The notes beneath the pieces were generated by a model. That model was not told the origin of the DNA. It saw only the letters and a program-made list of their open reading frames with translations, and ran no database searches. A DNA stretch of 37,773 bases from Nitrososphaerales archaeon (GTDB lineage Archaea; Thermoproteota; Nitrososphaeria; Nitrososphaerales; JACAEJ01): NCBI GenBank assembly GCA_038883135.1, contig JAVZMU010000003.1:1-37773 (forward strand), given 5' to 3'. Made by a program: the position numbers and the translations under genes. Below are positions 20,903-29,685 of this stretch, in pieces. The stretch's first letter is position 1; each line of letters opens with the position of its first letter.

Positions 20903-20969
20903 CTTGTTCAACAATATAGAAAAAGGTCCGATTAATAAATGTTGCGCAACTTGTGCAACAATAAACAAG
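20903..20969. promoter_or_regulatory. Putative bidirectional promoter with two palindromic operator-like boxes
   Basis: Central ATTAATAAAT (20931-20940) lies ~30 nt from both ATGs. TTGT-N3-ACAA occurs at 20904-20914 and 20951-20961 (13/14-nt direct repeat cttgt[t/g]caacaata). Near-perfect 21-bp palindrome at 20940-20960. Confidence 0.6.
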
Positions 20970-21374
20970 ATGGGAGAGAGTTTGTCAAGACCTAGTATAG
21001 TAAGGATAAGATTAAAGAAAGGGAACTGGGAAGTTGAGATAGAATGTGAAGAGAGTAAGATTAAGGAGACTATAGAGAGCGTTCTTTCAGGCTTAAGCTC
21101 TGTATCTGAAGCTAAAACAGAAATATCAGAAAAACCAAGAGGAGCGTTAACTTGTAGAGGATTGATAGAGAACTTATGGTCTGAAGGTTGGTTCTCTGAA
21201 GCTAGGAGTTTAGGTGACGTTCATGATGAACTAGCAAGACGAGGTTACCATTATGATAGGACTGCTGTATCCCACTCATTAACTGAGTTAGTAAGAGAAA
21301 ACATACTTACAAGACAAGGAACTCAAAGAAATTATAGATACGTGCAAAAGAAACCTCCTTTAGGGGCTAGTTAA
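20970..21374 (+). CDS. Uncharacterised protein with C-terminal winged-helix domain
   Basis: Start at ATG 20970 (134 aa). N-terminal RIRLKKGNWEVEIEC hairpin+helix; C-terminal LWSEGWFSEARSLGDVHDEL..GYHYDRTAVSHSLTELVRENILTRQG...YRY wHTH pattern. Confidence 0.8.
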   Translation: MGESLSRPSIVRIRLKKGNWEVEIECEESKIKETIESVLSGLSSVSEAKTEISEKPRGALTCRGLIENLWSEGWFSEARSLGDVHDELARRGYHYDRTAVSHSLTELVRENILTRQGTQRNYRYVQKKPPLGAS

Positions 21375-21505
21375 TCTAAATTTAATTATAGGTCTTTATT
21401 ATTTAGGCTTAACGAATAAGAAGAAAAATAATATTCCTTTGAGATGAAGATTATCGTATTCTCTTTAATAACCGAAGAGTTTATCAATAATTAGAATATG
21501 GGTTT

Positions 21506-22825
21506 TTGATAATGCAGTATGCAAACATAGCCAATAAAGATTTTCAGGATAAAGTCTTAGCAGATGAAGGATTAACCTTTAGTGAGAAGATTCTATCTTT
21601 AAAAAGGTCTGATGCACCAGGAAAAGTGGCAATTGCTAATGATATGATAGTAGCAAAAGTCGATCTTGCAATGGCTCATGATGGAACTGCTCCTTTAACC
21701 ATAAAAGTTCTTAATGAATTAGGGATAAAAAAGATATGGGATAGTAACAAAGTCATTTTGCACATAGATCATACCTATCCTTCTTCATCTGAGCAGATAT
21801 CGAATTTCCATTCAATTATGAGAAATTTTGCAAGAACTCAAGGATGCCATATACAAGAGGGGAATATATGCCATCAGTATATGCTTGAAAACTTTGTAGT
21901 GCCAGGAATGCTGATAATAGGCGCAGATTCCCACACAAATACTCAAGGATGTTTAGGCGTTTTCGCTACAGGCATGGGGAGTACAGAGATGGCTGCCATA
22001 TGGGCAAGTGGTAAGATTTGGTTAAAGGTTCCTGAATCTATAAAAATTATATTCAATGGTAATTTGCCAAAAGGTGTATACGCTAAAGATTTGATACTCT
22101 TTATAATAGGTAAAATTTCATGTGAAGGAGCCAATTATAAAACTATAGAGTTTGCAGGTAGTGTAGTAAAAGAGTTTTCAATAGATTCGAGAGCAACCCT
22201 TTGTAACATGACTACTGAAGCTGGGGCTAAATCAGGAATAATCGAAGTGGACAATATTACAAAAGAATATTTGATAGCTTTAGGAAGAGAACCTATGCTT
22301 GAAGTGCATGCAGGAAAAGAAGCTGTATACGATAAAGTTTTGGAAGAAGATGTAGGACAAATGGAACCTTATGTAGCGTTGCCTAATAGTGTCGATAATG
22401 TTAAACCCGTTAGAGAGGTTGAGGGAATACCTATAGACCAAGCTTTCCTTGGAAGCTGTACAAACGCTAGATATGAGGACCTTATGATAGCTGCAAGGAT
22501 GCTTAAAGGCAGAAAAGTTAAAGAAGGTGTAAGGCTTATAGTTACGCCAGCATCAAAATCAGTTTATAAATTCGCTTTAAAAAATGGAATAGCAAGTATC
22601 TTAATAGAAGCTGGTGCCTCCATAACATCTCCAACTTGTGGAGCATGTGTTGGTACTCATTGTGGTGTACTTGGAGCTGGTGAAGTTTGTATATCAAGTA
22701 GTAATAGGAATTTTAAAGGACGTATGGGTTCAACTGAATCTAAAGTCTATCTAGCATCTCCAGCAACAGTAATCGCTTCAGCTATCAAAGGAACAATAAC
22801 TGATCCTAGGGATTACTTAAGGTGA
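21506..22825 (+). CDS. 3-isopropylmalate dehydratase/homoaconitase-family large subunit
   Basis: HDGT, DH, ICHQ, GADSHT, LCNM, GSCTN, CGACVG and SNRNFKGRMG motifs (three Fe-S Cys). Substrate not resolvable. Alternative ATG at 21512. Confidence 0.92.
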   Translation: MIMQYANIANKDFQDKVLADEGLTFSEKILSLKRSDAPGKVAIANDMIVAKVDLAMAHDGTAPLTIKVLNELGIKKIWDSNKVILHIDHTYPSSSEQISNFHSIMRNFARTQGCHIQEGNICHQYMLENFVVPGMLIIGADSHTNTQGCLGVFATGMGSTEMAAIWASGKIWLKVPESIKIIFNGNLPKGVYAKDLILFIIGKISCEGANYKTIEFAGSVVKEFSIDSRATLCNMTTEAGAKSGIIEVDNITKEYLIALGREPMLEVHAGKEAVYDKVLEEDVGQMEPYVALPNSVDNVKPVREVEGIPIDQAFLGSCTNARYEDLMIAARMLKGRKVKEGVRLIVTPASKSVYKFALKNGIASILIEAGASITSPTCGACVGTHCGVLGAGEVCISSSNRNFKGRMGSTESKVYLASPATVIASAIKGTITDPRDYLR

Positions 22826-23331
22826 TACTTTTGATAGGAAGAGCTTGGAAATTTTCTGACAATATTGATACAGATGTTATAATACCTTACAAGTATAAAG
22901 CAAGAAGTATAGATCCAAAAGAGTTAGCTGAGCATTGTATGGAAGGTATTGATCCTGAATTTTCTAGGAAGGTCAAAAAAGGTGATTTTATTGTTGCAGG
23001 AAGAAATTTTGGTTGTGGCTCAAGTAGAGAGCAAGCTCCTGTAGCTATTAAAGCATGTGGAATTTCTGCAGTTATAGCAGAGAGCTTTGCAAGGATATTT
23101 TACAGAAACGCCATAAATATAGGTCTCCCAGCAATCATTTGTAAAGATATTTCAAAAGAAACTAATGAAGGCGATTTAATAGAATTGAATTTGAAGGAAG
23201 GAATAGTCAAAAATCTTTCGAATGGTAAGGTTATGAGGATAAACAGGTATCCTGATTTCTTAGAGAGGATGCTTGAAGTTGGCGGTCTTATAGAATATTA
23301 TAAAAAGTTTGGAAAGTTTCCATGGGAGTGA
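22822..23331 (+). CDS. 3-isopropylmalate dehydratase/homoaconitase-family small subunit
   Basis: DNIDTDVIIP, NFGCGSSREQA and SFARIFYRNAINIGLP motifs; GTGA overlap. Confidence 0.93.
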   Translation: MILLIGRAWKFSDNIDTDVIIPYKYKARSIDPKELAEHCMEGIDPEFSRKVKKGDFIVAGRNFGCGSSREQAPVAIKACGISAVIAESFARIFYRNAINIGLPAIICKDISKETNEGDLIELNLKEGIVKNLSNGKVMRINRYPDFLERMLEVGGLIEYYKKFGKFPWE

Positions 23332-23343
23332 TTTAAATCAAGA

Positions 23344-23622
23344 ATGGATAAAGTTAGGATTCACGTTTATATTTCAGGCTTTGTACAAGGAGTTTTCTTT
23401 AGGTCTAATACAAGAAAGATCGCTCTAAAGCTTGGTTTGAAAGGGTGGGTCAGAAATCTTGAAGATGGAAGAGTTGAGGCAATTTTTGAGGGAGATAGAG
23501 ACAAAGTTTTGAAGATGTTAGAATGGTGTAAAGTAGGTCCTCCTAGAGCTCAAGTAATAAATGTTGATGTTAAATGGGAAAAATATGAAGGTAATTTTAC
23601 AAATTTTGAGATAATTTATTGA
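23344..23622 (+). CDS. acyP: Acylphosphatase
   Basis: GFVQGVFFR, GWVRNLEDGRVE and GPPRA motifs. Confidence 0.95.
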   Translation: MDKVRIHVYISGFVQGVFFRSNTRKIALKLGLKGWVRNLEDGRVEAIFEGDRDKVLKMLEWCKVGPPRAQVINVDVKWEKYEGNFTNFEIIY

Positions 23623-23680
23623 TTTAGATAGAGTTAAAAACTTCTTTTCTGCATAAATATTTTACTTAAGAATTTTTAAA

Positions 23681-24715
23681 TCATCTAATCTTATTAATGA
23701 TTTCTTTGGTCCTTTGAGCTATAGCTTCAGCCATCTCAGATAGTTTTGCATTACCACCTAAATCATAGGTTAAAATTTTTCCCTCAGATATTATTTCTTC
23801 AGTAGCCTTAAAGATAGCTTTAGAAGCTTCCTTTTCACCAATATAATCTAACATCCATGCACCAGCAAGAATCGTAGCAGTAGGATTCACTTTATCCATG
23901 CCTTTATACTTTGGTGCACTACCATGAGCAGGCTCGAACATAGCATAGTTATCTCCTATGTTTGCAGAGTATACACACCCTATACTTCCTACAAGAGCAG
24001 AGGCTTCCTCAGATATTATATCCATAAATAGGTTTGTGCTCAAGATTATTTTTTGATTAAACCTTTGAGGGTTCTTTATGAGTTGTTGAGCAAAATTATC
24101 TATAAAATAGTCCTCTACAGTAATCTCAGGGTACTGTTTTGCAACTTCTTCTACAACTTCTCTGAATAATCCACAAGTTTCTTTCAGTATGTTAGCTTTG
24201 GTTATTACTATTAGATTCTTCCAACCTTTTTCTCTAGCCAAATTAAAAGCATATTTCGCTACACGCTCAGATGCCTTCTTGCTGATCTTCCTTATGGCTA
24301 TGGCTATATCATCAAAGCGGAATTCTATACCTGTGTAGAAACCTTCCGTTGCTTCACGAACACATATAAAATCTACAGCACCAAGAGGACCAACCATATT
24401 AGGGAATGTCCTTATGGGTCTAACATTTGCGAAAAGATCGAACTTTTGCCTTATACTTACCGCAACACTCTTTGGAGTCCCTGGCTTTGGTATAGTTGTT
24501 GTGGGACCTTTAAAACAAGCATCAGTTTTTTCAAGTATCTTCCAAGTTTCAGGAGGTATGAATGAATCGCCTCCATGCTTCTCCCACCATTCCAACCCTG
24601 CATCGCATGGAATGAGCTCTACGTCAGCCTTACTTGCCTCTAGTACTTTTATCATGGCATTTACTAGTTCTGGACCTGTACCATCTCCACGAATCAATGC
24701 AACACTCTTTCCCAT
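23681..24715 (-). CDS. Isocitrate/isopropylmalate dehydrogenase family enzyme, probably NADP-dependent isocitrate dehydrogenase
   Basis: GDGTGPE, KGPTTT, SVAVSIRQKFDLFANVRP, REATEG, KANIL, NLFMDIISE and EPAHGSAPKY motifs. Confidence 0.88.
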   Translation of the reverse strand: MGKSVALIRGDGTGPELVNAMIKVLEASKADVELIPCDAGLEWWEKHGGDSFIPPETWKILEKTDACFKGPTTTIPKPGTPKSVAVSIRQKFDLFANVRPIRTFPNMVGPLGAVDFICVREATEGFYTGIEFRFDDIAIAIRKISKKASERVAKYAFNLAREKGWKNLIVITKANILKETCGLFREVVEEVAKQYPEITVEDYFIDNFAQQLIKNPQRFNQKIILSTNLFMDIISEEASALVGSIGCVYSANIGDNYAMFEPAHGSAPKYKGMDKVNPTATILAGAWMLDYIGEKEASKAIFKATEEIISEGKILTYDLGGNAKLSEMAEAIAQRTKEIINKIR

Positions 24716-25022
24716 ATAAATTCATCGAGGCTCAAATAAAACTAGTAGTTAAATTTTATGTAGGATAAAATGAGGTAAGCATAAAAATTCAAATTAATAT
24801 ACGATTAGTTAAGAAGCATTAGCAAAGCTTACTGAACCCGTTCAAGCTAAAGCTAACTACTTTTAATAGCAAAAAAGCATAAGTACTTTATCTTAATAAT
24901 ATTCTTGGCCTTATAAACATTAATTGTTAGCTACTAATGGGAAGTCCCTTTTTTAAGGGAAATTAAATAAATACTATTGTTAATCACACATAATACATAA
25001 ATTAAGGTAAACTTATTCAATC

Positions 25023-26399
25023 TTGATCTTTTTGTCCGATCTTGAAGGTTTAACTAAAAAGCTAATAACAAAGGGAAAGAGCGTAGAAGAAATAAGGAAT
25101 AAGTTGATAGATGAGATATTAACCTATAAGGATAATTTAAGCAGAAAATCTGCTGAAATCTTAGCTAATGCTATCATCGAAGAGGTTAAAGATTCTGAAA
25201 AAATTCCAGAATCAAACACTTTGAAATTAATACTGAATTATCCTAAATCAGGAGTTGGTATGGGATTAATGGGTGTTGGTTCGAGAGGAGAGGGAGACTT
25301 TTTTGTTCATAAAAAATTGGCTGAAATAGCAGGTAAGCCTTCTGATAGTAGAGCGTTACTATACCCACTTTATCATGATGATGCAGGAGCTATAGAAGTA
25401 AATGGAAGAGTTTTAGTTACCGCTGTAGATGGTATGCACTCTAGGCTTAGCGATTTTCCCTTTCTAGCTGGCTTTCATGCATCTAGAGCTACTTTAAGAG
25501 ATATTTACGTTAAAGGAGCTAGACCTATTGGTATGCTCGTAGATCTTCACCTTGCTGATGACGGGGATGTTGGCAAACTATTCGACTTTGAAGCAGGAGT
25601 CAGCACTATATCAATGCTAACCAGGATTCCAATATTGACAGGAAGCACTTTGAGGATTGGTGGAGATATGGTCATAGGTGATAGGATGAGTGGTTGTGTA
25701 GGTGCTTTTGGTATCGCTGAAGATGCTTCTATGCTTGCTGCAAGGCATAAAGTGAAATCTGATAACATTATACTTATGACAGAAGGTGCTGGTGGAGGGA
25801 CGATTTGCACATCAGCCATATACTCAGGAAGACATGATGTGGTCTTAGAAACTTTAAATATTCAGTTCGTAAAGGCATGTAAAGCATTATTAGATTCAGG
25901 TTTAATAAGAAAAATTTGTGCAATGACAGATGTCACAAATGGTGGTATAAGAGGAGACGCAACTGAGATTTCAAGGCTATCGAATATAGCCCTCTATTTT
26001 TATGAAAACGAGATTAAAAGCTTAATCAATCCTAAAGTTTTAGAGTTGCTAGAGAGTAAGAATATAGACTACCTTGGAGTTTCTTTAGACGCTTTAATGA
26101 TTTTTGTTCAAGAAAATTATGCTAAGGAGATAATTGAGGAGGTTAGAAAATCTGGAGTGAAAATAAAAAAGATTGGTTTCGTTGAGAAAGGTATGCCTAA
26201 GGTAACTTTGATGACTTCTGAAGGAGAAAAGGATTTGAACTTAAAGTTCAGAGAATCTGCTTATACAAGGATTAAAAAGGTGGTAGGAGAAGACGCTCCT
26301 CATAAGCTTGAAGAGTTGAAGATTAAAGTTGAGGAGAGTGTAAAAAAGGCTATTGAAAAAAGAGATTTTATTGTTAAATATATTAGATCAATGGATTAA
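25023..26399 (+). CDS. AIR synthase-related (PurM-like, archaeal subgroup) protein of unknown function
   Basis: GVGSRGEGDF, DDAG, VDGMHSRLSDFPFLAGFH, GGD and MTDVTNGG PurM-fold motifs plus N-terminal helical extension. Confidence 0.85.
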   Translation: MIFLSDLEGLTKKLITKGKSVEEIRNKLIDEILTYKDNLSRKSAEILANAIIEEVKDSEKIPESNTLKLILNYPKSGVGMGLMGVGSRGEGDFFVHKKLAEIAGKPSDSRALLYPLYHDDAGAIEVNGRVLVTAVDGMHSRLSDFPFLAGFHASRATLRDIYVKGARPIGMLVDLHLADDGDVGKLFDFEAGVSTISMLTRIPILTGSTLRIGGDMVIGDRMSGCVGAFGIAEDASMLAARHKVKSDNIILMTEGAGGGTICTSAIYSGRHDVVLETLNIQFVKACKALLDSGLIRKICAMTDVTNGGIRGDATEISRLSNIALYFYENEIKSLINPKVLELLESKNIDYLGVSLDALMIFVQENYAKEIIEEVRKSGVKIKKIGFVEKGMPKVTLMTSEGEKDLNLKFRESAYTRIKKVVGEDAPHKLEELKIKVEESVKKAIEKRDFIVKYIRSMD

Positions 26400-26441
26400 A
26401 GAAATGGTTAATGTAATTATCGTTAACTGGAGGTATGAATC

Positions 26442-26708
26442 ATGAGAGTAAAAAGGGAAAAGTTGAGAAAGATTCGAGAGGAAATGAGTAAAATTAAGAT
26501 GCCAGAAATAAGGTTACAAAAGCTGACTGAAGAAGAAAAAAATGCTATAGCTGATGCTCTATCCTTTCTAATAGCTTACGAGATGGAAGAAAGCAATGCT
26601 TTCATGGAAGAAGGGTATCCAGAAATTGCTCAAGAATTCAGAGAAAAAGCCTATGCTCATCACAAATTATGGCAGAAGATAACTGGAGTAAAGGAAAACT
26701 CTACTTGA
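26442..26708 (+). CDS. Hypothetical helical, charged protein
   Basis: 88-aa ORF with GGAGGT SD 7 nt upstream; no recognised motif. Confidence 0.65.
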   Translation: MRVKREKLRKIREEMSKIKMPEIRLQKLTEEEKNAIADALSFLIAYEMEESNAFMEEGYPEIAQEFREKAYAHHKLWQKITGVKENST

Positions 26709-26739
26709 AAGTAATTAATATCTTAAAATTTTATAGCTA

Positions 26740-26976
26740 TTACTTATCCTTCAATTCTCCAACTATAGGAAACCTTTCTAAGACTTCCACACCGTGAGGG
26801 GCGCCTTCAATCTCAATAGTTAGATCCTTTCCCGCAAAGTGTTGAAATTGATGTTCTCCTCCTTCCCAAAGAGGACTTTCAGTAACATCATAAACTTTAC
26901 CTTTATATGCTATGTAGATAGGCTTTCCGTTTTTCCCATTATATTCCTTCAATTCTTCTTTAGTAAATACCTTCAT
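26740..26976 (-). CDS. Cytochrome b5-like heme/steroid-binding domain protein
   Basis: FTKEELKEYNG, YIAYKGKVYDVT, W..G.H, HFAGKDLT and APHG motifs. Confidence 0.92.
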   Translation of the reverse strand: MKVFTKEELKEYNGKNGKPIYIAYKGKVYDVTESPLWEGGEHQFQHFAGKDLTIEIEGAPHGVEVLERFPIVGELKDK

Positions 26977-27040
26977 TTTTATTGGGAGTATAAATTTTTG
27001 TCATTTTTATATATTTTACAATTAAATGCTAATTGAGAAT

Positions 27041-27481
27041 TTATCCACCTTTATAACCTATTATGAATAGTAATATGAACACACTTAATATGATTATAAT
27101 TAGACCAGATAAAACGTAAAGACTTGGTGTTCTTGTACCAGTCTTTCTTCCACCAATATACATAAGGTATACTCCTAAAGTACCAATAGAAATCAACAAA
27201 AAGTTTAAGAAAGTATCCATAAAGCTTTGAATTCTAAAAGAACGAATAATCGATAATCCATAATTGCCTACAGTTTCCATTTCTAACAAAGCATTTATTA
27301 TACCAGCGAATAAAACTAATAAAGCAAGCAAGTAAGCCATTTCTACTATTCCTCTTATGCTAAATATGTTATATAATTTAACAAGCCTTTTTTTACCTAT
27401 CAGTTGCTGAACTCTTTCTAAAACTATATTGCAAAAGCCTAAAAACATCTTTTTTATTCCCATTACTTTCACTTCAAGCAC
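27041..27481 (-). CDS. 3-TM membrane protein resembling oligosaccharyltransferase subunit OSTC/OST3-OST6
   Basis: AGIINALLE..TVG / QSFMDTF...IGTLGVYLM / last TM ending in K parallels the OSTC (DC2) layout; start uncertain. Confidence 0.6.
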   Translation of the reverse strand: MLEVKVMGIKKMFLGFCNIVLERVQQLIGKKRLVKLYNIFSIRGIVEMAYLLALLVLFAGIINALLEMETVGNYGLSIIRSFRIQSFMDTFLNFLLISIGTLGVYLMYIGGRKTGTRTPSLYVLSGLIIIILSVFILLFIIGYKGG

Positions 27482-27514
27482 TAAACTGCATACTGTTTTA
27501 TAAGATTCTTGGTT

Positions 27515-29620
27515 TTAAGCATTATCATCAGTCTGGTTTTTAAATGCATTCTTATACGATGAATTTGCCTTTGTTGAGCAATTAGGATCAAGACACATGG
27601 AAAAAGGTCTCTTTCCCCTCCTATTGATTTGAATAATTGGAGTTAAACATTTCTCACATACCCTACCCAAAGGGGTTATCTTTGTATTTTGTGGTAATGG
27701 ATAGGAATTTCCACAATTAGGATATGATTTACATCCCACAAATACTTTCCCACTCTTTCTAGATTTTATGATTCTTAATTCACTTTTGCATTTCGGACAA
27801 ACACCAATTCTTCTCTCTTCTTCTCTAGATTCCATTAAACCTTTTAGTAACGCCTCTCCCATCTTTCTCTCATTTCTTTTTATTTCATTAAGAACTTCCA
27901 TTAAGAAATCTGTAGCCTCCTCTATGATTTCATCCTTCTTTTTCTTTCCTTGCATTACAAACTCCATTTCTTCCTCAAAATTTCTTGTTAACTCTTCGCT
28001 TATTATTTTAGGACAAAAATCTCTTAGTACATTAGTAACAGTCTCACCAAGTTTTGTGACCTTTATACTCTTTCCCATTATGTAATTTCTCTCATAAAGA
28101 GTTTGAAGTATTTCAGCCCTTGTTGCTTTGGTACCAAGATTTCTTTTCTCCATCTCTTTTATGATTGATCCTTGGCTATATCTATCTGGAGGTTCTGTCC
28201 ATTTTTCAAGCATATTTATTCCTAAATTCTCTAATCTTTGGTTTATTCTAACCTCTGGCAAAATTTGCTCTTCAAAAGTTGTGTAAGGAGAGTAAAATTT
28301 TATCCAACCTAATGAGACATTTCTCCTTCCTACTGCTATGAAAACATTCTTATCAATAGTTAAAGTTAAGTTTATGCTCTCTCTCACAGCAGGATTAGCA
28401 AAAGTAGCCATGAACCTTCTTACAACTAAATCATAGATTTTTTTCTGTTGATTAGTTAACTTTTTTAGATTAGGAACCTCGGAAGTAGGATATATGGCAG
28501 GATGAGCAGGATCTTCTTTAGGCCCTTCATAAGGAATTAGTTTACTCTTCTGTAGAAGATCATGACATAGATCAGCATAATTCTCTAAAGATGATAAAGC
28601 TTTTAATATCTTTTCGTAGCCTATATCTACAGGAAGTTTTTGGCTAGAAGTTCTTGGATAAGATATAGCTCCTATTTGATAAAGGCTTTCAGCAATATCT
28701 AGGGTCTGAGAAGGAGAGAACTTGAATTGAGAGTAAGACTCAGACTGTAAATCTGTTGTGTTAAAAGGATAAGGAGGCATTTGTCTATACTGTCTCTTTA
28801 CTATGTCTTTGACTATAGCATCCTTGCCTTTACAATCTCTTAACGTTTTATCAGCTTCATCTTTATTCCAAAATTGACTTTTCTCATGCATAGCTACTAT
28901 CTCATTACCATCGACTTTACAATGTAACTCCAACTGCCAATAGGGTTTTGGAATGAATCTTCTTATTTCTAACTCTCTCTCAAGAAGTAAAGCTAATGTT
29001 GGACCTTGAACTCTACCTGTTGAGAGAATCTTAAAGCCTTTTTCTGTCTGATTTTTCATTGCTAAAGTCAATGCACGGGTTAAGTTCAAACCCCAAAGCC
29101 AATCCAACCAATGTCTAGTTAGACCTGCTTCTATCTGACCAAAGTCTAAATGATTAGACATATTTTCGTAAGAATTGATAAGTTCTTCCTTTGTTAATGT
29201 GCTAAACTTCATTCTCTTTGCATCTTTAGCATTACATAAAAACTTTAAAACGTTAAAACCTATGACGCTTCCTTCCGTATCGTAATCACAGCATATAATG
29301 AAATCTGATGCATCTTTTGCTACATCCTTTATAGCCTCGAAGTATCTTTTAGAGAAGATTGATTGTTTCCTAACTTCAAAGCTGGGTCTCCATTCAGCAT
29401 CAAATATAGGATAGACCCATTTACCTTTCCCAGTAGGGCTTAAGTTAAAAAGATGTCCTACTGCTGCAACAATTAAGTGCTTCTTTCCATTCCTTATAAA
29501 TTCATAGTAATCCACGCCTTCATTAGTTGAGAACTTCTTTAAAGTTCCATCTTCTGCTAAAGATTCTGCTATCTTTCTCATAGCATCCGGCTTTTCAGCT
29601 ATTAGTAAAGTATAACTCAT
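27515..29620 (-). CDS. topA: DNA topoisomerase IA
   Basis: TOPRIM AEKP, GHL, DYDTEG, GRVQGP, catalytic ISYPRT, AHPAIYPT and LGTKATR motifs; C-terminal Zn ribbons. Confidence 0.96.
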   Translation of the reverse strand: MSYTLLIAEKPDAMRKIAESLAEDGTLKKFSTNEGVDYYEFIRNGKKHLIVAAVGHLFNLSPTGKGKWVYPIFDAEWRPSFEVRKQSIFSKRYFEAIKDVAKDASDFIICCDYDTEGSVIGFNVLKFLCNAKDAKRMKFSTLTKEELINSYENMSNHLDFGQIEAGLTRHWLDWLWGLNLTRALTLAMKNQTEKGFKILSTGRVQGPTLALLLERELEIRRFIPKPYWQLELHCKVDGNEIVAMHEKSQFWNKDEADKTLRDCKGKDAIVKDIVKRQYRQMPPYPFNTTDLQSESYSQFKFSPSQTLDIAESLYQIGAISYPRTSSQKLPVDIGYEKILKALSSLENYADLCHDLLQKSKLIPYEGPKEDPAHPAIYPTSEVPNLKKLTNQQKKIYDLVVRRFMATFANPAVRESINLTLTIDKNVFIAVGRRNVSLGWIKFYSPYTTFEEQILPEVRINQRLENLGINMLEKWTEPPDRYSQGSIIKEMEKRNLGTKATRAEILQTLYERNYIMGKSIKVTKLGETVTNVLRDFCPKIISEELTRNFEEEMEFVMQGKKKKDEIIEEATDFLMEVLNEIKRNERKMGEALLKGLMESREEERRIGVCPKCKSELRIIKSRKSGKVFVGCKSYPNCGNSYPLPQNTKITPLGRVCEKCLTPIIQINRRGKRPFSMCLDPNCSTKANSSYKNAFKNQTDDNA

Positions 29621-29685
29621 AGAACCACTTACTAATTACTAATGTTTCAATCTATGGGTGAATCCTAATTATTTGTTTAGTATTT

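Noticed and set aside
20826-20968. Apparent 143-bp head-to-head overlap between nurA and the wHTH ORF
   Set aside because: It disappears when ATG 20902 and ATG 20970 are used; an artefact of longest-ORF calling.
21506-23331. Idea that the aconitase-family pair is the phosphomevalonate dehydratase missing from the mvk-ipk operon
   Set aside because: That enzyme belongs to the aconitase X family; these proteins carry typical LeuC/LeuD motifs.
24940-24965. Hairpin TCCCTT-TTTT-AAGGGA, vaguely like an IS200/IS605 end
   Set aside because: Only a 6-bp stem with no tnpA/tnpB remnant recognised; could be chance or a regulatory site.
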